A stretch of DNA of 64,000 nt from Candidatus Poribacteria bacterium (GCA_965197475.1 CBDANF010000002.1:992001-1056000); one strand, 5' to 3'. Positions 10,362 through 21,182 are shown, counted from the stretch's first letter. Translations and numbers: made by a program. The notes: a model not told the origin generated them from the letters alone.

Positions 10362-11346
10362 GGCTCATGTAAAAAGTAAGTGCTTTTTTCTTTCTTTCTG
10401 CTATAGTATAACATATGGATTTTCCAATACTTTCTTTAATTGATGACGAACGCGCGGCGGAATGGTTGCTAAACCATTTCCATCCCCAGGGTTTACACTG
10501 TCCACATTGCGATGCGAGCGTGGCGGAGGCACGCTATTTTAGAACAACAAAAACAAGTCGCATAAAGGTTTACCGCTGTAAAGTATGTAAGGGTGTATAT
10601 AACCTCTATAGTGGGACAGTGTTTGCTCAAAAACAGTATCGTCCTTCACAGGTAGTTCTGCTTTTGCAAGGTGTTTGCAAAGGTTTTTCTTCCGCTCAAT
10701 TGGCACGCGAACTCAATATCAGTCGTCAAGCGGTGCTTTCCATACGGCGTGTGCTTCAGGCATCTGCCGAGATGATGCAACCTGAGGTAGCTTTGCCGGA
10801 CACTGCAACAGAAACAGATGAGATGTTTCAAAACGCAGGTGAAAAAGGAGAACCGCATAAAGACCTGAAGGATCCACCGCGTCGGCGTGGTAATAAACGC
10901 AGAGGTCATGGCACTTATGCGAATGATCGTCCACCTATAGTCGGCACGATCGGGCGCAAAAGTAAGCGTGTCCGATTGCGTGTGGCACATCATACCGATA
11001 GTGCTACACTCTCATCACACGTGCATCAGTTCACGCTCCCCACTGCTACTGTATATACAGATGGATGGCGAGGCTATAATCGTATTGATCGTTCTCATGC
11101 GAGCGTGTGTCATGGTGATGGCGAATGGGCGAGGGATGACGATGCGGATGGTATTTTTGAAATCCACATCAACACGATTGAAGGTGTGTGGACAACGGTT
11201 CGTAACTTTCTCCGCCCATTTCGCGGTGTTCATAAAAAGTTCCTTTCGGGATATATCGCTATCTGTGAATTTGTTATTAATCTCAAATCTATTACTACTG
11301 AGTTTATATCACGACTCGTCCAACGCACTCACTCATAACATGAGCC
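10362..11346 (+). mobile_element. IS1595 family insertion sequence, intact
   Basis: GGCTCATGT/ACATGAGCC terminal IRs; 8-bp TSD AAGTCTGG at 10354-10361 and 11347-11354. Confidence 0.92.
10415..11338 (+). CDS. IS1595 family transposase
   Basis: CPHC..C..C zinc ribbon, HTH, ETDE / YTDGW..Y / HINTIEG catalytic motifs. Confidence 0.92.
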   Translation: MDFPILSLIDDERAAEWLLNHFHPQGLHCPHCDASVAEARYFRTTKTSRIKVYRCKVCKGVYNLYSGTVFAQKQYRPSQVVLLLQGVCKGFSSAQLARELNISRQAVLSIRRVLQASAEMMQPEVALPDTATETDEMFQNAGEKGEPHKDLKDPPRRRGNKRRGHGTYANDRPPIVGTIGRKSKRVRLRVAHHTDSATLSSHVHQFTLPTATVYTDGWRGYNRIDRSHASVCHGDGEWARDDDADGIFEIHINTIEGVWTTVRNFLRPFRGVHKKFLSGYIAICEFVINLKSITTEFISRLVQRTHS

Positions 11347-11495
11347 AAGTCTGGTTATGTGTCCCCGAAATTGCTCTTTGCGAAAAAATAAACTAATGTT
11401 TGATCTTGATCTGGCATGATTTCTCCTATTATGACTAAAACCCAAGTTGCTTATCAACAACATTCTTCAATTCTTCAGCCTTCAGATACCGCATT

Positions 11496-11681
11496 TCACT
11501 GACATTTAGGTTCATCAAGTATATCCAAAACCTCCTGTTCAACGGCACGCGATCGCATTATATCTAACATGTCCACGTCTGCAAGGTCAATGATTTCCGA
11601 AACGCGTTTCCTAACTTCCGCTGCGGTCCTTGGTTCTCATTCGTGCAATTTCGCGTCTAATTTTTCAGCCAATGCATCCAT
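11496..11681 (-). pseudogene. small antitoxin-like gene with an internal TGA at codon 15
   Basis: GGAGG RBS; MDALAEKLDAKLHE*EPRTAAEVRKRVSEIIDLAD...VEQEVLDILDEP; an overlapping short downstream ORF could be a deleted partner. Confidence 0.45.
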
Positions 11682-11841
11682 TGATTTTCCTCCACTAATT
11701 TTTGAACTTATAGCGAGTAAAAGCTAAGAACTCAAAGCAAATAGGTATCTGAAGTGGAAAGAATGGGGCATAAAGTATACCCTTTTCTTTCCCTATTTTA
11801 CCGCATCCTTATGTTTTACTCAATATGACTTCTTTTATTGG

Positions 11842-12839
11842 CAGGACTTACGCAGTCTTGAAGATTATTGAAGGATTAGAGAGTTGATGTCGTAAGTAGT
11901 CATCCAATAAACTTTGTTTAAGATCATAAATCGTTTTGCCAAGTGCGCGGGCAGCGCGCTTCATAAAGATCTATACTTGAAAACAACACGCAATATGATT
12001 TCTTTGGGCACGCAGTTTTCGACATTGACATTTGCCAATACCAGTTGTCTGTTTGATCTCACGATGAAGTTGCTCAATCTTCCAACGCACGCGACACTCT
12101 TGATCCGTCGCATCCGCATCCGATTGAGATAAATCGTTCGTCGCAATATATTCCGTGCGTCCGGTAGAGGACTCTATCCGGAACAACTTCACTTGATGAT
12201 CTTTCGGAAACTTTTTGATGTGCACGCGTTTCCCCTGTAGAGTTTCTGTCTGTGTCCAAGATAAATCTTTTACTGCTAGTGCGGTTCGACGCCGTCCGTA
12301 TCATTCACAAGACGATTTCGTTTCAGTGGCGCATAGTCCAACTTGGAGAGTTTTTCAATCGCTTTCATGACTTTCATGCAAACATACCAAGAATCTATCA
12401 GCACAGTCCGAAACGGGATCTGTTTTTTGAAGTCCGCATTGTGCAACATTTCCAGTAAATGGTCTATTTTAGTTTTACCATCATGAGCTTTATCAAAAAT
12501 ACGGTAATCAATGACCCAATACTCGTGTGTCTTTGGATTGACATAAAGACACGTGACAATACCAATACCTTTAACCACTTTTTTGTCGCTACCACTCCAC
12601 TGAGAACGGAGGGCTTCAATCGTTTTGGCGTATGTTTTAAACAGCACAACATCGTCAAAAACCAAGTAGCCTTCTTCATCAAACTCAATGTCGTCTTTGA
12701 CGGATGCCCAGAGTTCACTTGAAGGAATGCTTTCGTTGCTCAGAAAACGATTAAGTTGATCGTGGTTCCATTTGTCTGTATGATCTGCAAAATAGGTTTG
12801 TGTAAAGTTAGTGAAACTTGCTACCAAAAATTGACAATA
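11842..12839 (-). pseudogene. IS701 family (ISAba11-like) transposase, frameshifted and 5'-truncated
   Basis: fragments YCQFLVAS..TYFADH, DSWY, RWKIEQLHREIKQTTG and CQCRK.RAQRNHI in several frames; terminal IR CAGGACTTACGCA at 11842. Confidence 0.85.
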
Positions 12840-12878
12840 TGAAGTGCTACCGTTTATTCAGACCAAAATTTAGCAAAG

Positions 12879-13709
12879 TTAAGACAAGTTTTTTTGCTCA
12901 AATTCCACAGGTGTCAAATACCCTAACGCAGAGTGAGGGCGTTTGTGATTATACACTTGTGTAATAAAATGCCCAATGCGGGTTCTTGCTTCGTGGATGT
13001 CCTCATAGTCATTGAGATGAACTTCTTCTTCCTTGAGCGTGCGGATAAGTCTTTCAGCATATCCGTTCTCCCAAGGACACCCTCTCCGGGCGACTGAAAT
13101 CTCAATCCCATGATGCCTAAGCAGTGAGATGGACGCATTTGAAAGATATTGAACGCCTTGATCAGAATGATGGATCTCTGGGACACTTTGACATAATGCT
13201 GTCTCCAAGGGTTTCAACGTCAGAGATTGCGTCAAGTGTTGACTGATATGCCACCCTCTGATCATGCGAGTGAAGACATCCATGAGCAGACAAACATAGA
13301 TAAAGTGTCCTTTGAGGCGGACGTAGGTAATATCGCCCACCCAGACCTGATTACATCGGGAGACATCAAGGTTTTCAAGGCGATTGCTCCAGGGACGCAC
13401 ACCCGCAACGGATGTCGTGGTTTGACAGACACGCTTGACAGAAACCGAGAGGTTGGCGGACTTCATCAATCGGGCAACACGTTTATACCCGATGGTGTAT
13501 CCGTTACGCACCAACAACTGTGTGGGACGCCTATATCCGTATGTTGGATATAGCAAAGATAACGTCTCTATTTCATCCTGGAGGCCCGCTTCACACGGGG
13601 CCTGCTTGGAGTGATAATAGAGGTTGCTTCGGTTGAAACCGAGTGTCTCACATATCTGCCGAACCGAAAAGTCTGTCCGTAATGCCGTAACCATTTCTCG
13701 CTGCTCCAT
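12879..13709 (-). CDS. IS3 family transposase OrfB (DDE)
   Basis: YGYRR, WVGDITY, HHSDQG.QY, ENG.AER..RTLKEE, YN..RPHSAL motifs. Confidence 0.92.
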   Translation of the reverse strand: MEQREMVTALRTDFSVRQICETLGFNRSNLYYHSKQAPCEAGLQDEIETLSLLYPTYGYRRPTQLLVRNGYTIGYKRVARLMKSANLSVSVKRVCQTTTSVAGVRPWSNRLENLDVSRCNQVWVGDITYVRLKGHFIYVCLLMDVFTRMIRGWHISQHLTQSLTLKPLETALCQSVPEIHHSDQGVQYLSNASISLLRHHGIEISVARRGCPWENGYAERLIRTLKEEEVHLNDYEDIHEARTRIGHFITQVYNHKRPHSALGYLTPVEFEQKNLS

Positions 13710-13714
13710 CGAGG

Positions 13715-14005
13715 CTAACTCAAGTAAGTTGAGGCTTTTTTTTGGATGTCAAGTGCCAAGGTCAACCGCCCAACGAGTTGCTCAAGTTGGGCGATCCGCT
13801 CCGCAGAGGCATCAGACTGTTTATCAGCGGGTTCAAAGAGGGTCGCCGCTTTTTCAAGAAGCTGTCGCTTCCACTTTGAAAGTTGTTCATCGATGAGGTT
13901 ATGTCGCCGACACACTTCTGCTTGGGAACTTTCACCGCTGAGAGCCTCAAGAACAACTTCGGCTTTAAACTCGGAGGTGAAGTTTCTTCGTTTTCGTTTC
14001 GCCAT
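13715..14005 (-). CDS. IS3 family transposase OrfA (HTH), with -1 frameshift signal
   Basis: FT.EFKAEVV HTH; slippery A8G near 13735-13743 whose -1 frame runs open into OrfB. Confidence 0.88.
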   Translation of the reverse strand: MAKRKRRNFTSEFKAEVVLEALSGESSQAEVCRRHNLIDEQLSKWKRQLLEKAATLFEPADKQSDASAERIAQLEQLVGRLTLALDIQKKASTYLS

Positions 14006-14152
14006 CGGATACTCCTTTCAAGGAGATGGATATTATACCATAATCTTGTCTTAGAGAGCGGCCCGAATTTCCGGTGGCAGTACATTATTTAGTTTTCGGT
14101 TTTTCTGCTATATTTTCACATTTCTATCCAACCTACGATTCCGTTTTATCAA

Positions 14153-14923
14153 TTATGTGTCCAGAGGCACTACATCAGCATATACATAAGTCGGTGAAAT
14201 GTTACTGCTTGCATGAATTTTGTCATTTTCGTCTTTGGATGCAGAAACAATATCTCTCTGCACTATTCTGCCCGGTTTCGCAGCAACAAGCGAACTAAAC
14301 ATCGGTCCATCAACAACGCATGTATGGAACTCACCGTTTTCGCCGAGTGGGTCCACGCCATCGGGCAAATCTGCAAGGAGTTCTGCATCAAACCATCGTC
14401 CAGCAAAGTCTGCTGGAACTTTAGTAGGATTGAGAGCAGTGATAATCGCGCGCAAACCGGACGCAACCATCTTTTGCGCGAGCAGTGTAGTATCCTCTCC
14501 CCATACCGGAAAAATCGGTGTGAAACCGGTACCGCTAAGTTTCTCTTCTCGGTACGCGCGGATGTCTTCAAGAAATAGATCCTCGAATGCTAAATGTGAA
14601 GCGTTCAGATGTTCAGATAGCACTTCCACCTCAGAGAGAAACTTTCGCATCGCTGCTTCATATATTTCGTTAGAACATGGGTACGGAATCGGTATCTCAT
14701 ACAACGGCACACCGAGCCTCTCAGCTTGCTGTTCCAAAACCCATGCAGGAGTGGAATGGATAGAGACACGGTTAAACGTCTTGGTGACGGTGGTAAAGAT
14801 TCCGCGCACATCGTATTTTTCTGGTTGTTGACGTAAAGTGTGAAGGGCCCACGCAGAATCTTTTCCTGAAGACCAGGAGACAAGAACTGGCGTGGACGAT
14901 TTGTTTTTCGTTTCATTTGTCAT
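14153..14923 (-). CDS. PP-loop adenine nucleotide alpha-hydrolase (diphthine-ammonia ligase-like, MJ0570-related)
   Basis: SWSSGKDS and DP.GENGEFHT motifs. Confidence 0.85.
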   Translation of the reverse strand: MTNETKNKSSTPVLVSWSSGKDSAWALHTLRQQPEKYDVRGIFTTVTKTFNRVSIHSTPAWVLEQQAERLGVPLYEIPIPYPCSNEIYEAAMRKFLSEVEVLSEHLNASHLAFEDLFLEDIRAYREEKLSGTGFTPIFPVWGEDTTLLAQKMVASGLRAIITALNPTKVPADFAGRWFDAELLADLPDGVDPLGENGEFHTCVVDGPMFSSLVAAKPGRIVQRDIVSASKDENDKIHASSNISPTYVYADVVPLDT

Positions 14924-14978
14924 AATTGAGATTTTATCTTCTGTGGTAGATTTTATAATTAACGATACATTCTCAATC

Positions 14979-15002
14979 GGCGCGCTTACAAAGCGCGCCT
15001 AC
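14979..15002 (-). repeat. GTAG-type REP-like palindrome (second copy at ~17196-17219)
   Basis: GGCGCGCTTACAAAGCGCGCCTAC present downstream of trpG and of hisI. Confidence 0.65.
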
Positions 15003-15019
15003 CAGCAGGGACAGGTGTT

Positions 15020-15583
15020 TTATAGTGCCAAAAAGTTCCCTAATAGACTCTTTCCAGCAGCTGTCAAAATTGACTCCGGATGAAACTGAACACCCCAGAT
15101 AGGCAAGGTTTTGTGTCGTAGTCCCATGATTTCGTCCTGATCCGTCCATGCCGTGATTTCAAAGCAATCTGGCAGTGTTTCTTTTTTTACGATGAGTGAA
15201 TGATAGCGTGTCGCTTCAAAAGGATTATCCAAACCCTCGAAAAGTTCAGTGCCATTGTGCAGTATCATTGAGGTTTTGCCGTGCATCAACCGCTCCGCGC
15301 GAACAACCTCACCACCGAATGCATCACCGATGCACTGATGTCCAAGACAGACCCCTAAAATCGGCACTTTTCCGGCAAAGTGTTTTATCACATCATTGGA
15401 AATCCCCGCCTCTCGTGGCGTGCAGGGACCGGGTGAAATGACGACTCGTTCCGGTGCCAGCGTGTCTAATTCTTCTATACCTATCTTTCGACTCCGATGA
15501 ACCTCCAATTCCGCACCGAGTTCACCAAAATACTGCACGAGATTGTAAGTAAATGAGTCGTAGTTGTCAATCATCAAAACCAT
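15020..15583 (-). CDS. trpG: anthranilate synthase component II (glutamine amidotransferase)
   Basis: [26 protein letters not shown] and QFHPES motifs; follows trpE. Confidence 0.9.
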   Translation of the reverse strand: MVLMIDNYDSFTYNLVQYFGELGAELEVHRSRKIGIEELDTLAPERVVISPGPCTPREAGISNDVIKHFAGKVPILGVCLGHQCIGDAFGGEVVRAERLMHGKTSMILHNGTELFEGLDNPFEATRYHSLIVKKETLPDCFEITAWTDQDEIMGLRHKTLPIWGVQFHPESILTAAGKSLLGNFLAL

Positions 15584-15594
15584 CTTTTTGCCTC

Positions 15595-17097
15595 CTATAA
15601 TAGTAGACCTTGTTCCGCCATTTCAATAGCACTGAGTAGTGCCCGTGCCTTATTCATGGTTTCATAATACTCATTTTCTGGCACAGAATCTGCCACAACA
15701 CCGCCACCCGCCTGTACATAGGCAACACCATCTTTGATCACCGCAGTTCGTATCGTAATTGCTGTGTCCGCGCTACCGGAAAAACTGAAATAACCGACTG
15801 TACCACCATAAGTGCCTCGACGTGTCGGTTCCAGTTCGTCAATGATCTCCATTGCACGAATTTTAGGTGCTCCAGAGAGTGTACCTGCGGGAAGGCACGC
15901 ACGGATGACATCAAATGCACTAAGATTGTCACGCAGCCTCCCAATAACATGTGAGACAATGTGCATCACATGCGAAAACCGTTCCACTATCATCAGATCG
16001 GTTACCTCAACGGTATGATATTCACACACACGCCCCAGGTCATTTCGTCCTAAATCAACAAGCATGACGTGTTCTGCGCGTTCCTTCGGATCAGCGAGAA
16101 GTTTCTGTTCCAGTTCGCGATCCTCCGCATCGGTTTTGCCACGTGGGAGCGTTCCAGCAATAGGGCGCGTCTGAACAAGTCCATCTTCCACACGCACCAT
16201 CATTTCTGGCGATGCACCGACAATGTCAAAACCACCACACTTTAAGTAATACATATAAGGCGATGGATTCACCACCCGTAATGCCCGATAAACATCAAAC
16301 GAGTCAACGGATACCGGACGACTGAACCGCTGCGAAGGCACAACCTGTATAATGTCGCCCGCTGCAATGTATTCTTTGGCGCGCCGCACCGCGTCTTTGT
16401 AAGCTGGTTTCGTGAAATTCGATTGTGGGTCGGGTAGGGATTTTTGGTGGTTTTTTGTAGAATTTTCCCTATGCTTGAATGAGGTATTTTCAGAAGCGGC
16501 CGTTAATTTTGCAACTAACGTATCAATTTTCCCAACAGCATAAGCATAAGCTGCATCCACATCTCCATCAATATGTGCATTTGCCACAACCTTAATCTGA
16601 TGATTTACATGATCGAATATCAGTATTGTTTCGGCAATCATAAAAAAGCAATCGGGCAGCTGCAGTTCGTCTTCGGTATCATCAGGTAATTCTTCCACAA
16701 AACGCACCATATCGTAGCTCATATAGCCGACTGCACCACCGTGGAACTGTGGTAATCCTTCAATGTTGACAGGTTGGTAATTCTGCATTAATTCTTCCAG
16801 AGCTTTGAACGGATCTTCGTATTCCTTAGATACCTTTTCACCCTTTGCCAAATACTCAATGGTAACCTGGTGCCCTTTACTCTGAAAAAGCACGGATGGC
16901 TGACTTCCCAAAAATGAGTAGCGTGCAACTTTTTCACCGCCTTCAACGCTCTCCAGTAAGAAAGCAAAATTATCAGGCATCAATTTGTAAAAGGCGGACA
17001 CCGGTGTCTCCATATCTGCCAAAATCGGTCGATAGACCGGTATCGTGTTACCTGTTTTCGCTTTTTCCTTAAATTCTTCCAACGTCGGATAATACAT
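15595..17097 (-). CDS. trpE: anthranilate synthase component I
   Basis: [28 protein letters not shown] and GTLSGAPK motifs. Confidence 0.93.
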   Translation of the reverse strand: MYYPTLEEFKEKAKTGNTIPVYRPILADMETPVSAFYKLMPDNFAFLLESVEGGEKVARYSFLGSQPSVLFQSKGHQVTIEYLAKGEKVSKEYEDPFKALEELMQNYQPVNIEGLPQFHGGAVGYMSYDMVRFVEELPDDTEDELQLPDCFFMIAETILIFDHVNHQIKVVANAHIDGDVDAAYAYAVGKIDTLVAKLTAASENTSFKHRENSTKNHQKSLPDPQSNFTKPAYKDAVRRAKEYIAAGDIIQVVPSQRFSRPVSVDSFDVYRALRVVNPSPYMYYLKCGGFDIVGASPEMMVRVEDGLVQTRPIAGTLPRGKTDAEDRELEQKLLADPKERAEHVMLVDLGRNDLGRVCEYHTVEVTDLMIVERFSHVMHIVSHVIGRLRDNLSAFDVIRACLPAGTLSGAPKIRAMEIIDELEPTRRGTYGGTVGYFSFSGSADTAITIRTAVIKDGVAYVQAGGGVVADSVPENEYYETMNKARALLSAIEMAEQGLLL

Positions 17098-17320
17098 TAC
17101 ATGACTCCCTTTCGTATACTTAACGTCAAAATCTATTCTTTAAAATACCTCTATGAATTATGGTGAACTATACAATTAACGATATCCCTTCTATAGGCGC
17201 GCTTACAAAGCGCGCCTACCAGAGGAGTCTACATATTTTTGTTTCACCATAAATAGCAGGTAAGGCAATTAGCCAATTTTCGATCTGATGCTAAGACACG
17301 AAAACTGGAAATATCAAAAC

Positions 17321-17701
17321 CTAATAAACAGCATCTGCATCGAAAATCTTTTCACCTACCACACGTGTTGAATCGCCGTCGGGGGAGACTTCTTGAAAAA
17401 AGCAGGAGCGATAGCCAGTATGACACGCTGCCACATTCTGCTCAACTTTAATGAGCAAGGCATCACCGTCACAATCAACAGCAACAGACTCAACAGTCTG
17501 TGTGTGCCCTGAAGTCTCCCCCTTTATCCACAACTTTTGACGGGAACGACTCCAGAAGCAGACACGACCGGTTGACAAGGTTTGTTTGATTGCTTCCGTG
17601 TTCATATAGCCTACCATCAGCACTTCATTATTTGCCTGATCCTGAATTACAGCGGCGACTAAACCATCCCGGTCATATTTTAGTTCCGATAATATTTTCA
17701 T
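17321..17701 (-). CDS. hisI: phosphoribosyl-AMP cyclohydrolase
   Basis: WSRSR..LW.KGETSG, DCDGD and ACHTG..SCF motifs. Confidence 0.93.
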   Translation of the reverse strand: MKILSELKYDRDGLVAAVIQDQANNEVLMVGYMNTEAIKQTLSTGRVCFWSRSRQKLWIKGETSGHTQTVESVAVDCDGDALLIKVEQNVAACHTGYRSCFFQEVSPDGDSTRVVGEKIFDADAVY

Positions 17702-17723
17702 GGGTTCTCCTTAATCCTATTAT

Positions 17724-17767
17724 AAAAACAAAAAACCTTATGCCACGGGGTTTGTGTGTGCATAAGG
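17724..17767 (-). terminator. attenuator terminator upstream of hisI
   Basis: minus strand CCTTATGC...GCATAAGG followed by TTTTTTGTTTTT. Confidence 0.75.
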
Positions 17768-17806
17768 CGGACAAGTAACATCAAAATACAATAGGCTCAA
17801 ATTTGC

Positions 17807-17902
17807 TTAGCGCGCACACTCCTCTTCTCTGGAATTGGAACGCCACCAATGCCAATAGTTAGATGTTCTATGCAAGTTGGAGTGTGAATCGGTAAATTTC
17901 AT
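17807..17902 (-). CDS. trpL: leader peptide (TrpL-like) MKFTDSHSNLHRTSNYWHWWRSNSREEECAR
   Basis: 31-aa ORF with a W-H-W-W cluster directly upstream of the terminator and the hisI-trpE-trpG genes. Confidence 0.8.
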   Translation of the reverse strand: MKFTDSHSNLHRTSNYWHWWRSNSREEECAR

Positions 17903-17996
17903 TTTCTCAATTTTCGCAGGTTATTTATGTTTAATTTGTATCAACGGACGAGTGTAAAAGTTCAATCAACCGTCCTTCTCCACCACTATTGTTAAA

Positions 17997-18026
17997 ATGA
18001 TACCATATTTAAGTTCCGAAATGCAA
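17997..18026 (-). promoter_or_regulatory. candidate sigma70 promoter for the leader
   Basis: minus strand TTGCAT-N18-TATCAT. Confidence 0.4.
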
Positions 18027-18173
18027 ATAAATTTGTTTTGCTTCAGAACCATTCAATTTTCTCAAGACACTCTTGTGGGAGGGAACCTTGTAACCCAATT
18101 TATATGGATAATAATGTTCCCTCGTTACTCAACCTATGTTCAAAACCGACACCGAAATGCCTCTGACCCTCAT

Positions 18174-18815
18174 TTAAATTTCCCCGTTCCATTCCAATGG
18201 ACGATTCTCCAAATAAGGACGCAGCAGTTCTTGAAGATGCCGATGCGCATGATGCAAGTGTGTTTTGACGGTACTTTCTGATCGATCTATGAGGACCCCA
18301 ATCTCTTTAATCTGGAGTTTCTGATCATAGCGCAATTTGAAAACGCGTCGCTGTTTCGGGGGGAGTTGATTTACTGCCTCGCTAATAATATGCCCGAGTT
18401 CCTCCATCTCAATCAGGTGAGATGGAGACGGATGCTTGCTTATTAACAGTAACTCCTCCGAATTTGCGATTAATTCGTCCAACGCAACAGTTTTCCTCCT
18501 GCTCTGTTGACGCAAAAAATCAATACAGCAATTCATAGCGATGCGGTAAAGCCAACTATAAAATGCTGATTCACGTTTAAATTTCGGTAACGCTTTATAA
18601 GCTTTCAGGAACACTTCTTGGCAGAGGTCTTTTGTAGTTTCAGCATCATGAATGTGTCTGTAAATAAGTTTAGCGATGCGGTGTTGATATTTTAGTACGA
18701 GGGTGTTAAACGCGTCTGTATCGCCATTTTGGAATCGAGTTACTAATTCATGTTCATCAATTAATTCTAATTCATCGGCAGACAACAAACCTAAGCTCCC
18801 CTTTGTATCTGACAT
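18174..18815 (-). CDS. ECF RNA polymerase sigma factor
   Basis: D..QEVFLKAY, F.SWLYRIA.N and region 4 HTH; no adjacent anti-sigma gene. Confidence 0.9.
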   Translation of the reverse strand: MSDTKGSLGLLSADELELIDEHELVTRFQNGDTDAFNTLVLKYQHRIAKLIYRHIHDAETTKDLCQEVFLKAYKALPKFKRESAFYSWLYRIAMNCCIDFLRQQSRRKTVALDELIANSEELLLISKHPSPSHLIEMEELGHIISEAVNQLPPKQRRVFKLRYDQKLQIKEIGVLIDRSESTVKTHLHHAHRHLQELLRPYLENRPLEWNGEI

Positions 18816-19005
18816 TCTAATTCTCCATTAATACAACGCTAACATTATTTTGGACTAATGCTAACGTTATTTTGAACTAATTGAGTAAATGTACAAATGT
18901 GAACAACTAATTTATACACCTTAAGTATTTAAATGTTCCCACATTCTATACAATTAGACATTTTTATCAGTTTTTGTTCAGTATTAAAGACCAAATCATT
19001 CTATT

Positions 19006-19114
19006 ATAACCCAAGTTGCCACCTATCTATAGACATAGCACCACTATAGGGTGGAGAAGAATCTGAAAAACCCTCTTGAAACGTCGAAAACTTGTTAGTA
19101 GCAACTTGGGTTAT
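19006..19114. repeat. MITE-like element, family A
   Basis: IRs ATAACCCAAGTTGCCAC / GTAGCAACTTGGGTTAT; same IRs at 30922-31084. Confidence 0.7.
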
Positions 19115-19569
19115 TATAATAAAGCTCATAATTACTGATACATTCTAAGTAAAAAAACAAAATCTAAAAACCATATTAAGTCAATATTAATTTATAATAA
19201 GGAAAAATCACTAATATGTCTCAACACAGTTAATTATACTCAACTTAACCTCATAAGTCAAATTAAATCTGTAAAAAATGTTAAATTGGCTTGAAAAAAC
19301 ACACAATTCCATGGATTTTAGTAAATTATTCGAATTTTAGGAGTCGGTCAGTTTCGCCATATTATAGTAAAGACCTCAATTACTGATATATTTTGTCCCT
19401 GTAGCGATTTCAAACACACATTGCGAATGTAAGAAAGAGGCGCAATGAATTGCGCGACTACAAACGCGTCTTTACTTAAGAAAACAATTCCATCAAAATC
19501 GGGTTTACAAAGTCCTCCCACAAGAGTGTTTCTCTACAGTTGAGTAGCTATCTACACATCCACTTCCAC

Positions 19570-19598
19570 TTGACAAGAACTATAACATCGGGTAAAGT
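19570..19598 (+). promoter_or_regulatory. sigma70-type promoter of the histidine kinase
   Basis: TTGACA-N17-TAAAGT. Confidence 0.5.
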
Positions 19599-19629
19599 GT
19601 TGACATCGCTTTAGATATAAGGAGCACCC

Positions 19630-21021
19630 ATGCGCCGCTACAGCATTCAAACTAAAATCGTTCTCCCATTTTTGCTTCTCTTTGCACTTGTTTCTGTCCT
19701 GGTGCCATTAATAACGGTTGAGCTTTTCGCCTGGAAATACAGTGAACAGTTTACGCGCGAAACACAAGGATGGTTTAATGTCATTGTAGAAACAGGGTTT
19801 ATTGAGGAAGATATTGAAAAGGTCAAGCAAGCATACAGCGTAGAAGTTATGATTTTTGGTTCAGATTACACGCTTAACGCAGGTACGCTGACGGATCTCT
19901 CTGATACTGAGCAAAAATGGGAAAACCTTGCAAAGAATATGCATCTTGAGCAAGTTAAACAAACCTTCCAAGAAGGAGGAAACACACCTGTTACACACGA
20001 TGTTACACTTGGTGGTAAGCACTACAAAGTCTTCTACCACTTACTTCCTTTTAGAAGGTTTTACTGCTTGTTGCGTCCTATGGATGAGATCGCAGAGGCA
20101 AAGCGTACGTTAACCCTATATATGTTAGGCATTGCTATCCTTGTGACGACACTTGTTGCTTTTATCAGTCACCGTATTGGGAAAAATTTAACAGAGCCAA
20201 TAAAGGATTTGGTCGGCTTTACGGCAAAGGTAGCAGAAGGAAACCTTGATGAGCAGTGTGAGATTAAGACACATGATGAAATCGGTGATTTAGCTTTGGC
20301 GTTTAATCAGATGACGCGGAACCTCCAGCGGTCAAGGGATAAACTGATTCAAGCTGAACGCTTAGCAACAGCAGGAAAAATGTCTGCCTCTTTTGCACAT
20401 GAAATCCGGAATCCGTTATCATCTATGCGGATGTTATCGCAGTTGCTAATGCAAAAACAGGAGATGGCTGCTGAGCATCGACAATCACTGCAATATATCC
20501 TTGAGGAAATCGAACGGATTGACACTATCGTCAAAGGCTTGATGGATTTCGCGCGTCCCTCAACGCTTAACTTGGCGCAACAGCCACTTGAACCTACGTT
20601 ACAAGCCGTTTTAAGCTTGATGGAAGCGAACTTAACACACCATCAGATTCAACTTGTATTAGAATCTGCACCCGACCTCCCCGATTTTCAGTTTGATTCC
20701 GATAAAATTAAACAGGCATTTATGAATGTTCTTTTGAATGCGATGGAGGCGATGCCGCAAGGTGGTACATTAACTGTGGCTACTCTTAAATTAGAAGATG
20801 GCGTATCGATTAAAGTCGCAGATATGGGAGTCGGTATACCTGAAACAGATATTGAACATCTATTTGAACCGTTTTTTAGCCGAAAAGATAAAGGGACTGG
20901 ACTTGGATTAGCAAATGTCAAGCGTATCCTTGAAGAGCATGGGGGAACGGTTGAGATTGAAAGCACCCTCGGTAAAGGCACTACGGTTTCAATGTGGTTA
21001 CCGCTGAGATTTCAGGATTGA
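19630..21021 (+). CDS. membrane sensor histidine kinase (HAMP, HisKA, HATPase)
   Basis: 2 TM, HAMP DEIG.LA..FN.M, AHEIRNPL H-box, N/G1/F/G2 boxes. Confidence 0.93.
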   Translation: MRRYSIQTKIVLPFLLLFALVSVLVPLITVELFAWKYSEQFTRETQGWFNVIVETGFIEEDIEKVKQAYSVEVMIFGSDYTLNAGTLTDLSDTEQKWENLAKNMHLEQVKQTFQEGGNTPVTHDVTLGGKHYKVFYHLLPFRRFYCLLRPMDEIAEAKRTLTLYMLGIAILVTTLVAFISHRIGKNLTEPIKDLVGFTAKVAEGNLDEQCEIKTHDEIGDLALAFNQMTRNLQRSRDKLIQAERLATAGKMSASFAHEIRNPLSSMRMLSQLLMQKQEMAAEHRQSLQYILEEIERIDTIVKGLMDFARPSTLNLAQQPLEPTLQAVLSLMEANLTHHQIQLVLESAPDLPDFQFDSDKIKQAFMNVLLNAMEAMPQGGTLTVATLKLEDGVSIKVADMGVGIPETDIEHLFEPFFSRKDKGTGLGLANVKRILEEHGGTVEIESTLGKGTTVSMWLPLRFQD

Positions 21022-21182
21022 TTAATACAAAATATTAATTGAATAAAAACAACTTATTTCATATAATACAAGGCAAATGCCATCTACACATTCGCAATTA
21101 TTTGCATAGATAGATAATATAAAACTCAGCAGCGATATACTCAATATGTAGTTAGGTTATATGCTGCGATAACAAGGACGGA

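Larger units (their letters stand above)
12840..14084 (-). mobile_element. IS3 family insertion sequence
   Basis: TG...CA ends with imperfect IRs TGAAGTGCTACCG..TTCAGACC / TGTACTGCCACCG..TTCGGGCC; orfA plus orfB. Confidence 0.88.

Noticed and set aside
11637-11639. Selenocysteine or recoded TGA
   Set aside because: No SECIS or redox motif is evident, and TGA is used as a stop elsewhere; a nonsense mutation is simpler.
18900-19620. tRNA or known ncRNA in the long AT-rich intergenic region
   Set aside because: No cloverleaf or recognisable riboswitch; the structure present is explained by MITE/REP palindromes.
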